From the NCBI GenBank assembly GCA_963169345.1, contig CAUJCT010000019.1:105366-169365 (forward strand): a stretch of DNA of 64,000 nt, read 5' to 3'. A program made the translations under genes and the position numbers. The notes beneath the pieces are model-generated. The model worked only from the letters and a program-made list of their open reading frames with translations, did no database searches and was not told the origin of the DNA. This stretch comes from Bacteroidota bacterium (GTDB lineage: Bacteria > Bacteroidota > Bacteroidia > NS11-12g > UBA955). Shown piece after piece: positions 46,701 through 54,300 of this stretch; within the stretch, counting starts at the first letter, position 1, and each line of letters opens with the position of its first letter.

Positions 46701-47009
46701 TACCCAATAATTTTTTATCTCGGTTGGAAGTGAATAGTGAGGAAGTCGAGCGCTCACTCTCTCATCAGGATCAAAGCCTATTACAATTCGAAGCTTTTTT
46801 AACTTTGGATAATCATTAACTCCAAAAACATCTATTAAATTGGATAAGGAAGTAAATCCTGTAAGTATTAAATAATTCTCTGAATTTTGAATGTCCTTTA
46901 AAAGCAAATCTTTGACTCTTCGATCTTGTTCCTTAAGATTTAAAGGAAAATCTTCTTGATTTGGCAAGTCAAGTTTATAGTTAAAGTCGAATAGATTAGG
47001 TGTTTTCAT
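43776..47009 (-). CDS. PLD-family (HKD) nuclease domain fused to an SF2 (DEAH-type) helicase with ~320-aa C-terminal unknown domain, a candidate single-protein defence gene
   Basis: HKD motif HAKIYIGDETAILGSSNFS (res ~136-154). Helicase motif I LIADPTGSGKT, Ia LIICPKT, II VIDEAHNY, III ILSTATP, V FCSDAMSEGINLQ, VI QRIGRIER. Confidence 0.85.
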   Translation of the reverse strand: MKTPNLFDFNYKLDLPNQEDFPLNLKEQDRRVKDLLLKDIQNSENYLILTGFTSLSNLIDVFGVNDYPKLKKLRIVIGFDPDERVSARLPHYSLPTEIKNYWVKQNVSLKLCGSVLNIIEKINNNCIEFKVRDKLHAKIYIGDETAILGSSNFSKSGTILQTEANIRIQSSSSKKEKEQYSDIKRIAEYYYTISDDYNYHLIELFSKLFKEATWQEALARAISEILESKWMKDYPVLYQALITHKLWPSQKMGIARAMKIIQDQGRVLIADPTGSGKTKFATALAYTLFHWLWENGRKDRSNALIICPKTVIENWEREQEHFVLYNKIESMGKLSLGLDKNQRNIQKAIHSSDILVIDEAHNYLHPHSKRSKAIIPKGSCNVILSTATPINKKIDDILRLIELLDIDNLSDDDLKTYFELRKKRKKGINKQHLEQLKKYVNQFIVRRTKKELNKMIERSPKLYTNRLGHICKYPKTNSIVYETNETVSDKKIGMQISTLTSKLKGIHYLQRIKIPNFIKGDEEMVNYINQRFTSATALAAYMVRVKLRSSQCAIHEYLYGTNAANQEFGLNSTKNLSGDMIGKVKKLKNIVPKMFIDKRLLQESYHWLYDETLYKTTCDKEIEIYEKIGRLVNQLSKNREISKIDTIIKALEEHNKILAFDSTVITLDYLNKLLQERNPQFKTIVAAGHNSKDRTEVMKLFSLENHSKEKLIAFCSDAMSEGINLQDSSCLILLDMPSVLRVIEQRIGRIERMDCEHNEITVMWPNDSEEFSLNGDRRIIDTLLLTEDLIGNNVGIPKVIYEKYLKNSLSTQNIIEAYTEYSSSDYEWEGVRDSTQDLYGLIEGESALIDHAIYDLYKDVDSTVKTAISFIETDKNWCFFSFRGSTRKSPKWLLIDENNKGYTDFSDITYLLKSYLSKTTIVQRNWKEIDTSQKLKDIIRKLRSQEKQLLPWKKRRALNQGENILNHNLKVNSLSGKDKLNAEKLLNLFNPETEDDLYVDLDQFADLWLEILIPELDKLKGQKSRVRKIYTLKDLSHKNVTISSKQIEWLIENCQFSNTLDEMISSCIIAIDKTQFK

Positions 47010-47209
47010 TTATAAAAATTAATTTAATTGTGTTGTCTCCTTCACTGAGGATAGAGATCAAACAAAAATAATCTATAAATTAAATAAAAATATGGTTGAG
47101 TTTTCAGTGGGATTTGAGATGATTTGAGAATAAATTAAAATAACTGATCCTTATAGTATAGTTCTCATATTTTGTTTCAAACTATAAAAGATGAATACTA
47201 TTCAAAAAT

Positions 47210-47476
47210 TTAAAAAGACTTTCGCTTGTATTTGTCAATAAAAAGCTTGACGGACTTACTGTTGTATAGAATCAATTTTCTTACCGGTTGAGAAAATTCA
47301 ATCTCTCCTTGGTTTCTTAACTTTTGGATGGTAGACTTGCTTTTTATATTTAAGATAGACATTAGTTCTTTTTCAGTTATCCATTCTTTTTCTATCTTCA
47401 AATTTTCTTTGACTTTAAATATTATTTCATCGATTAATTTATAGAATGCTTCTGTTTCAATTATAATGACTTCCAT
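47210..47476 (-). CDS. excisionase/AlpA-like helix-turn-helix DNA-binding protein (mobile-element regulator)
   Basis: 88 aa. C-terminal …ITEKELMSILNIKSKSTIQKLRNQGEIEF… resembles Bacteroidota Xis-type HTH proteins. It lies upstream of and co-oriented with the PLD-helicase. Confidence 0.65.
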   Translation of the reverse strand: MEVIIIETEAFYKLIDEIIFKVKENLKIEKEWITEKELMSILNIKSKSTIQKLRNQGEIEFSQPVRKLILYNSKSVKLFIDKYKRKSF

Positions 47477-47536
47477 ATAAATGCAAAGTTATATCTAAAA
47501 TGACAAAAAAACAACTTAAGTTGCAGATAATTAGGT

Positions 47537-47558
47537 AGTTATTTTCAAAAATAACAAA
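47537..47558. promoter_or_regulatory. second copy of AGTTATTTTCAAAAATAACAAA palindrome-containing element
   Basis: Identical 22-mer to 1749-1770. Located ~60 bp upstream of the HTH gene start in the divergent region with 47890(+). Confidence 0.4.
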
Positions 47559-47639
47559 CTAATTTATTGTATTATTATATCAATAAATTGGTAAATAAAT
47601 ACTATTTTAGTGATATAGAAGAGTTTATCAAATTTTCTT

Positions 47640-47661
47640 AGTTATTTTTAAAAATAACAAC
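47640..47661. promoter_or_regulatory. third, 1-mismatch copy (AGTTATTTTTAAAAATAACAAC), still a perfect 18-bp palindrome
   Basis: Located 110 bp from the previous copy in the same intergenic region. Confidence 0.35.
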
Positions 47662-47889
47662 GGTCATTAATCAACATTTTTCGAATTTATCCACTTTGAA
47701 AAGTTGGGATTGATTTTTGAATAATTAATTTAGAAAATATCGTAGTTTAAATCAACGATTCTAAGAATTATTCAAAAGCTATATAATTACAGATTTCTTA
47801 GACATAAATAAACGGCTTTTCTGAAATTACTTTTTTCTAAAATTTTTTGTAATTTAGCAGAGAATTACATTAAATCAGATTAAACAACT

Positions 47890-48432
47890 ATGACAAAAAA
47901 AGAAATAGAACAATGGATTATAGTCTTGAATGACCTCTTAATATTGACAGAAAATGAATTGAGCATGCAGGAAGATTTCAACTCTTACACATCTAGTAAG
48001 ATTAGCAATCTTCAGAGTGAGCTGAATGCAAACGAAGCTGCATTAAACAAAACATCCAATGATCCAACCCAGCAAGCTACTATTAAACACAATTTTGTTA
48101 ATTCTTTAAATGATCTTTCCAGAAGAATTAATGAGTTGCGTTATAAACCTATGCCACCATTTCAAATTGAAAAAGAATTTCGCCACTTTCATCAGACAAA
48201 CTTCAATTTCATAAAGCCAATTATGGCTCAAGTACCTTTTAGTTACAGTATTACACCAGACCCTCAGAACATTTACGGGAAAATACATAGAACTTGGGCA
48301 ATTAAGAATGTTTCAGAACTAAATGAATTTCTTAATTTAATAAATGACAAATTCGAAAGAGACATTAAACAATTAGATATGACTGAAATTGAGGGTGTTT
48401 CTCCAGTCTACTTTGTAATACATAGCAACTAA
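47890..48432 (+). CDS. hypothetical protein (island cargo)
   Basis: 180-aa ORF, no recognisable motifs. Confidence 0.5.
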   Translation: MTKKEIEQWIIVLNDLLILTENELSMQEDFNSYTSSKISNLQSELNANEAALNKTSNDPTQQATIKHNFVNSLNDLSRRINELRYKPMPPFQIEKEFRHFHQTNFNFIKPIMAQVPFSYSITPDPQNIYGKIHRTWAIKNVSELNEFLNLINDKFERDIKQLDMTEIEGVSPVYFVIHSN

Positions 48433-48652
48433 TTATATTGCATGAAAAGTAAAATTACATCCCAGTAAAATAAATCAAATCAGAAAATGCTAATAAAGGA
48501 ACTAATGGTGTAAATAGACAATATTCACAAGTTCACGGCAATAGAGGCATGCAACTCAACCCTAATCAGTCTAATAAGCAATAAACTTTGTCTTACTTTT
48601 TATAGAACAGACACATTCCCTTTTTGGGTTTAAGGAGGAAAATAATTTAAGT

Positions 48653-49615
48653 ATGCAGTTCATTTTTGACACAAATTATTATCGAGGTATTGTATTTGGA
48701 AAGGAATTGCTAGATATTCAAAAAAAGCTTTTTGAGCAAAAGGATAGGGAGCGTCTAAAAGGACATGAAATTCTATTTCCTAATATTGTCGCCATTGAAT
48801 TAATTAGCCATTTAAAGAGCGGTGATAATGCCCTTAGAGTATGTTATACTGCTCTACACTTTCTGGCTAATCATTGTAATAGAAACGGGGCGAATAAATT
48901 CAAAGGAACTTATATGCCAACTTATGAGGACCTAATTTCATTTTATTTCTTTCAAACTCCATCTGATCAATTTGGTATAGTTAATCGAAATTTAAATAAA
49001 TATGCTAATGACATTGGAGGGGTTTATAATATTGCAAATACTTTTGATTATAGGGATGTCATTAAGGAAATATCAGAATTTAAGAAATTTGGTATAAACA
49101 ATTTGATCTCAAATATTGAAAAGCACTATTTACCTGCGATACATCCTAATAAAATTTCAGATAAAGATATTTTCAATAAAAATGCAGAAGTGAAGGAGGA
49201 GTTTGAGCGGGCGTATAAAGTTGGAGATTATCATAAATGGTGGGGGTTGGTTTTTCTATCAATGGCAATGCAAGATAAAAAAATTGAGAAAATCAAACTC
49301 ACAAAGGAAGAGTTTCAACATGGCTTTTTGAATGATTTCAAGGTGTCAATTGATTTCTTTGTCAATCATGTTTGGCGTAAAGTTGCGGACACCAAAAAAG
49401 TAGAGTATTTTTATTCTCCTGAGACCGATGGAAAAAAAAGGTGGAATAGTTATTATGATATGCAGCTAATCTTTGCCACTGAATTTGAAAATTATAAGAA
49501 TCGTAATACAATCTTAGTAACAACTGAAAGAAAGATACAGGAGGCTTTTGCAAAAATGGGAAAAGAAAATCTTGTAATTAGTCCAGGCGAGTACCAAGAA
49601 TTGTTGGAAAAATAA
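48653..49615 (+). CDS. hypothetical protein with PIN-like N-terminus (weak)
   Basis: 320 aa. It starts MQFIFDTNYY… (the D-T-N pattern of PIN domains), with E in IVAIELISHL. Confidence 0.45.
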   Translation: MQFIFDTNYYRGIVFGKELLDIQKKLFEQKDRERLKGHEILFPNIVAIELISHLKSGDNALRVCYTALHFLANHCNRNGANKFKGTYMPTYEDLISFYFFQTPSDQFGIVNRNLNKYANDIGGVYNIANTFDYRDVIKEISEFKKFGINNLISNIEKHYLPAIHPNKISDKDIFNKNAEVKEEFERAYKVGDYHKWWGLVFLSMAMQDKKIEKIKLTKEEFQHGFLNDFKVSIDFFVNHVWRKVADTKKVEYFYSPETDGKKRWNSYYDMQLIFATEFENYKNRNTILVTTERKIQEAFAKMGKENLVISPGEYQELLEK

Positions 49616-50099
49616 AGAAAGTAGCAAAGTTAGGCGACTAGCCCAACCCAGGCATATAGAGCTTAAAAGCGTTAGGCATAAACACAAGCAATTCATAAGC
49701 ACACTTTTATTCTGATTCCTTTATGACTTTTTTGCAGCGACACCCTGAAAAATGGCTTTATTTTTAATTTTTCCTGTTTTGTTTTTTCTTTTGCAAAATT
49801 ACCATTTGCAGACTTAGGAAGTTTTCTAATGAAATAAAATCTTCGGCTATTGATAAAGTTTAATATTTGGATGCGTCTCGTTCGGTCAGGTTTCTGCATT
49901 ATTGTTTACCTATGCTTATATTGTCATTAGCTGTGTTTTGAATTTGTTGCTCAATAAAGTTATCATTATCACATGCAAGTCAACTGACAACCTTGGAATC
50001 TAGAATTGAGGAACGAAAAAATGAGTAAAGCTCATATTATGCCACTATCAAAGTAAGTTATAGGAATTCTCAGAAATTAAATCTCAACAAATGCTGACT

Positions 50100-50394
50100 C
50101 GAAGTATATTTTACCAAGCCAAAATGCAAATCGAATACCAATTAGTAATTATGCCATTTTTACGCACTTTATCGTATGGGATATAAGGGAAAGACTACTA
50201 GACATAGTTTCAGAGCCTTTGCAATATCTAACATCAAAGAAAAGCATTGTTCCCGCCACGAGGTTGTTGACCGACAATTAGCCCATGCTCATAGAAACTG
50301 TGTTAATGCTGCTTATGACAGGTCGCAATTTCTAGATGAGGAAGGTAATGATGTAAGAATGGGCAGATTACATAGACAAGATGAAATAATTTAA
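50100..50394 (+). pseudogene. decayed C-terminal fragment of a P4-type tyrosine integrase (frameshifted)
   Basis: One frame (from 50108) gives ILPSQNANRIPISNYAIFTHF. The ORF at 50176-50394 in another frame gives TRHSFRAFAISN…VDRQLAHAHRNCVNAAYDRSQFLDEEGNDVRM, matching the conserved integrase C-terminus (HGFR…QLAHA..N.VRAAYNRA.YL.ER). The catalytic N-terminal portion is absent. Confidence 0.55.
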
Positions 50395-50454
50395 CTTGAA
50401 AGCTTATTATTGTTAAATTTGAAAATAGTTATTTAGTTTAAGGAAATAATTGAT

Positions 50455-51075
50455 ATGGAAAAACTACTTGCAAGAATAAATAGCGCAAATAATCCTATAA
50501 TTGTTCCTGTTAATATAGAAAAATATTCAACACCGAATAATTGTTTTTACAATGTAATGAAGAAAGTAGCGTTGGATGGTGGCCATATTGTTTATGGATG
50601 GAAAATACATCATGGTAAATTGCTTGATGAGGCGGAAAGGCACGCAGTATGGAGGTCTCCTAATGGGGAGTTAATAGATATATCGCCATTCAATTCGAAT
50701 GGAAAAATTACATTTATAGAGGAAGATATGGGTTGGAAATACAGAGGACAATTTGAGGATAACATTCGAGTTAATATTACAGACAATCCATTAGTTGATG
50801 ACTTAATTTTATTGTGTGAGACAATTACAAAGCTCTGGCAAACGAGTTCAAGAAAGTCATCCCAAGAGATTTCCATTCATGTATTAATAAAGAAGCAAAT
50901 TGATGTACTTGAAGCAAACAAAATTAAGTTCGAATTTTTTGCTTTGAAAAACCAAGATCGTGAGTGCCTTTGTTTCTGTGGTAGTTCCTTAAAGTATAAA
51001 AAGTGCCATGTTTTTAATGAAGAAACTCAGCGAGAAATCCTTGGTTGGGCTAATAATGTCCTTAAAGAAGTTTAA
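50455..51075 (+). CDS. hypothetical protein with C-terminal SEC-C-like metal-binding motif
   Basis: 206 aa ending …CLCFCGSSLKYKKCH… (compare SEC-C CPCGSGKKYKKCC). Confidence 0.5.
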   Translation: MEKLLARINSANNPIIVPVNIEKYSTPNNCFYNVMKKVALDGGHIVYGWKIHHGKLLDEAERHAVWRSPNGELIDISPFNSNGKITFIEEDMGWKYRGQFEDNIRVNITDNPLVDDLILLCETITKLWQTSSRKSSQEISIHVLIKKQIDVLEANKIKFEFFALKNQDRECLCFCGSSLKYKKCHVFNEETQREILGWANNVLKEV

Positions 51076-51116
51076 ATAATAATAAAAAATATATTACAGC
51101 ATAATTTATACTTTAG

Positions 51117-52340
51117 TTACCTCAAACTCCCAAACACTTTGTCTGAGGCTTCGTCCACAGCCTCGTCTCTAATACTCGAAAGGTAAATTTGGGTAGTTTT
51201 AATATCGCTGTGCCCTAACATTTTACTAACTACTGAAATATCTATACCGGAGTCTCTGGCTAATGATGCAAATGAATGACGAATGGTATTGGTTGACATA
51301 TATTCAAAATCAATCCCAAGATGAGTCGCCAATTTCTTTAAATCTCTGTTATAATTTCTGATAGCCCCTCTCGAAATAGAATATGCCCTCTCTAAGCTCA
51401 TATCTTTATTTAGGAATGGTAAAATGTAATCTTCACTAGTTTTGTCCTCTGAAAAATGTTTAATAAGCGTTTCAAGTGGCTCCGAAATGCCGACATTATA
51501 CAACTTAGCCGTTTTTCGCCGATTATAGTAAATTCTATCATTTGTAATATCCTTGAGTTTTAGAAAACATATATCGGTGAAGCTCGCTCCTCTCATATAA
51601 AATGAGAACAGGAACACCAATCTAGTGCGCTCCATTGTTTTGTTAGTCAGTTTAGCTGACTTGATCTTTTCCAAAGCCTCCTTTGGCAAAGCTCTTTTAG
51701 CGGTATCTTGTCTTCTTACCTGATATTGGTCGAATGGATAGGCATCTTTGGGAAGTATTTTGTCAGAAATTGCTCTGTTCACCAATGCCCTCAATGCTCT
51801 AAGTTTTACCCCCAAACCATTTACACTATTACCTTTGGCTAGATACTTTTGTTCCATCTTTTTAATCCAAAAAGGAGTGATGTGTTCTAAGGGAATATCA
51901 GCAGTGCCATTGTAATTAATTACCCACTGCAGAAAGTCGTTGTATGCTTTTGCATTCCCGAACCTTCCTGCACCCTTCATTTCTTCAATAACAGTCTTTG
52001 TGTATTCAGCTATGCTGACGGCAATTGATTCATTCAAAATTCTAGTTTTAATCTCAGAAATCCCCATTCTTTTTATATCTCCAGATTCATCTAAGGCAGA
52101 CAATATGCTAAAAGCCTCAGCACTTCTGGTTTTTATCTTGGCATTTTCAGCCCCAATATTCTTGATTTTTTTACAGGTAGAGCGTATAGTTTGGCTGCTT
52201 TCATTCCATTCGCTTGGTTCTAATGTAACTCCCAAAGGAATTGAGGTACTTTTACGGTTTGCTATTATTCGCAGTATTAAAGGATAACCGTCCCTTTTTC
52301 TGTTTCTTTCATCTAAAATAACCCTGACACTATAAGACAT
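51117..52340 (-). CDS. site-specific tyrosine recombinase (Bacteroidota phage-integrase family)
   Basis: 407 aa. C-terminal catalytic region …RHSFASLARDSGIDISVVSKMLGHSDIKTTQIYLS… (R…HxxR…Y). Confidence 0.85.
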   Translation of the reverse strand: MSYSVRVILDERNRKRDGYPLILRIIANRKSTSIPLGVTLEPSEWNESSQTIRSTCKKIKNIGAENAKIKTRSAEAFSILSALDESGDIKRMGISEIKTRILNESIAVSIAEYTKTVIEEMKGAGRFGNAKAYNDFLQWVINYNGTADIPLEHITPFWIKKMEQKYLAKGNSVNGLGVKLRALRALVNRAISDKILPKDAYPFDQYQVRRQDTAKRALPKEALEKIKSAKLTNKTMERTRLVFLFSFYMRGASFTDICFLKLKDITNDRIYYNRRKTAKLYNVGISEPLETLIKHFSEDKTSEDYILPFLNKDMSLERAYSISRGAIRNYNRDLKKLATHLGIDFEYMSTNTIRHSFASLARDSGIDISVVSKMLGHSDIKTTQIYLSSIRDEAVDEASDKVFGSLR

Positions 52341-52342
52341 AT

Positions 52343-52373
52343 TGCAAACATAATTTGCAAACCATTTGCAAAC
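52343..52373. promoter_or_regulatory. three tandem TTGCAAAC direct repeats (spacing 12/11 bp), candidate arm-type integrase/Xis binding sites or int promoter elements
   Basis: ttgcaaac at 52343-52350, 52355-52362 and 52366-52373, immediately upstream of the integrase start and ~100 bp from the tRNA-fragment att site. Confidence 0.35.
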
Positions 52374-52473
52374 AAATTTTGTTTCAATATATATTAATTT
52401 GAATTTATTTTTTGTTTATATATATGAATATCAATTATATAATGTAATTCATGTATCATAATAAACTAGTATT

Positions 52474-52522
52474 CCTCAGATTTCTAATCTGTGGGTCAGG
52501 GGTTCGAATCCCTTCGGGATCA
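52474..52522 (+). tRNA. partial tRNA gene: 3' ~49 nt (anticodon arm, variable loop, T-arm, 3' acceptor strand) of a tRNA-Arg(TCT)-like gene, a probable att-site remnant
   Basis: tcaga-TTTCTAA-tctgt anticodon arm (U33, anticodon TCT, A37). Variable loop gggtc. T-arm aGGGG-TTCGAAT-CCCtt. 3' strand cgggatc + a. No matching 5' acceptor strand or D-arm upstream, only AT-rich DNA. Confidence 0.5.
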
Positions 52523-52530
52523 CTAGCATC

Positions 52531-52560
52531 AAAGCCTCCACGTATGTGGAGGCTTTTTTT
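52531..52560 (+). terminator. Rho-independent terminator (AAAGCCTCCACgtatGTGGAGGCTTTTTTT)
   Basis: Perfect 11-bp stem, 4-nt loop, 7 T's directly after the tRNA fragment. Confidence 0.7.
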
Positions 52561-52750
52561 ATGCCCTTAAAAAATCCCCAAGCGTCATCAGACCTTGAGG
52601 GATTTTTGAAAGGGCATAAAAAATAAGTCTTGCATCAGCAGGACTTTGATGCTTTTGCAGGACCTTTTTCTGGGATCATGAAATAATCCCTAGGCCCCAA
52701 GCGTCGCCAGAACTTGAGGGATTTTTGAAGAGGTATAAAAAATAAGTATT
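52561..52750. repeat. two tandem copies (~85% identical, ~55-65 nt) of a hairpin-forming element
   Basis: Copy 1 at 52576-52628 and copy 2 at 52695-52747 share ccccaagcgtc..cagaac/cttgagggatttttgaa.gg.ataaaaaataagt. Copy 1 is embedded in a long imperfect inverted repeat ATGCCCTTaaaaaatcccCAAG…CTTGagggatttttgAAAGGGCAT. Confidence 0.5.
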
Positions 52751-53058
52751 ACATTTTCATCGGGTCATTTTGTGAATTTGAATTACTGGAATCAATACCC
52801 TTACATTCTAATTGGCCGATTTTTGAATTCTGAACGGACTTCTTCCTAATCCATTCACTCATTTTTAACACTATATTTGTCTAACATTTATTATAATGGA
52901 ACGGTAAAAAAGACGATTATTATTACAGTTACAGTACTTTGTATAATAGTAGTTCGTTTTATTACTAATGACGATACAGGGGATAATTGTTAGGTCAAAC
53001 TTGGTTGAATGTATTGTGCTTGTAATTGGGGTGTTTTAAGGTTTAATGAAATTATTTT

Positions 53059-54030
53059 ATGAAAATTTATTCAATGAGAGCTATGTTTAGTATGGTTGAT
53101 ATGCGAATCCTTCTTTTGAGTATTGCGCTTACTCAATTGTGTTCTACATTTGGGACTGAAGTAAGTGAGAAATTTTGCACTTTTTATCGCACATCAACAG
53201 TTCATAAAGTAAATGCAATGGATAGTTTTTATAGAATTACGGATACAGTGTTTCAATTTGAATTTTATGAGAATGGGGTTTTTGTGAGGACTGATAAGAA
53301 ATTTACTGAGATTTACCGGCAAGGAAAGAAAAATAAAATGTGGCATAAGACTTTCAGAGTTATCAAAGGGAAATATATAAATAAGGGGGATTCAATTGAG
53401 ATCTTGTCTGGATTTAAAGAAGCTGGAAATACTTTGAGCCGATTCTACTTACGTCAAGAAGTAGCTTATTGGGCCAGAAGAAACTTTACTGTGTATTTAT
53501 GGGATACAGAGAAGCAGTATAACTATACAAAGGTGTCAAATTGGGAATCGAATGAGTATTGTCAAAGGAAATTTAGACACAAGTTGAACTTAATACATGA
53601 ACGATTGATGGATAGGTCATCTGATACAATAAGTTTTTGGCGTATGGATTCTGTTTACTTTGATTTTATGGATCTTCCCAAACCTAAATTCCTCTATCCG
53701 GGAGCACATCTATATATACATACTTATGTTTTCTATAATGCATATTTATGGTATTCGTATGTTGATACTGCTCAGTTTGAGAATAAGCACCTGTATGATA
53801 GCACCGGTTGTCTTCACAAGTATTACTATTTAGGAAACATACATCAAACGATTAACTCCTGTTATTATGAATTTAAGTTTGAAAATTTAAAGTATGAATT
53901 AAAAGTTGTAAGTATTCGGGATAGCAAGGATGATTCTTATTACCGTTTGGTGCGAGATACACAGGGGAAATTGCGAATGATTGAACACTACAATGTTAAT
54001 GGGGTATTGATAGAGAGATTTAGTTGGTGA
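53059..54030 (+). CDS. secreted hypothetical protein
   Basis: 323 aa with an N-terminal signal-like segment, Tyr/Trp-rich. Confidence 0.5.
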   Translation: MKIYSMRAMFSMVDMRILLLSIALTQLCSTFGTEVSEKFCTFYRTSTVHKVNAMDSFYRITDTVFQFEFYENGVFVRTDKKFTEIYRQGKKNKMWHKTFRVIKGKYINKGDSIEILSGFKEAGNTLSRFYLRQEVAYWARRNFTVYLWDTEKQYNYTKVSNWESNEYCQRKFRHKLNLIHERLMDRSSDTISFWRMDSVYFDFMDLPKPKFLYPGAHLYIHTYVFYNAYLWYSYVDTAQFENKHLYDSTGCLHKYYYLGNIHQTINSCYYEFKFENLKYELKVVSIRDSKDDSYYRLVRDTQGKLRMIEHYNVNGVLIERFSW

Positions 54031-54300
54031 TGTCCAGATTATGTTGAGTCATTTAATGAACTTTTCTGCAATTTATGAATGGGTCAATTTCTTTCAAAAT
54101 TATAAATCGGGTTTCAAAGTAACCTTATTGCTAACACAACGTTTGAGAAATTCCCTTCTTAGTTTTTATATGAATTTCTCTAATAATTTGAAAAGCATAT
54201 TGAGATTGTGAGGTATACTAACTTAAAGGAAGCTTTGCCGATTCAATGTGCCTAAAAAGATTTATAGAATTTATTTTAGTATTTTTGAGACATCTCGATT

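Noticed and set aside
52440-52525. A complete tRNA gene ending at 52522
   Set aside because: The T-arm, variable loop and anticodon arm are recognisable, but there is no sequence complementary to the 3' acceptor strand (needs GATCCCG) and no D-arm-like segment upstream, only AT-rich DNA. It is therefore treated as a 3' fragment/att remnant.
43776-52560. Conjugative transposon/ICE interpretation of the island
   Set aside because: No relaxase, coupling protein, or tra/T4SS genes are present. Only an integrase, an excisionase-like HTH and cargo, so a small integrative (possibly mobilisable or defective) island is more consistent.
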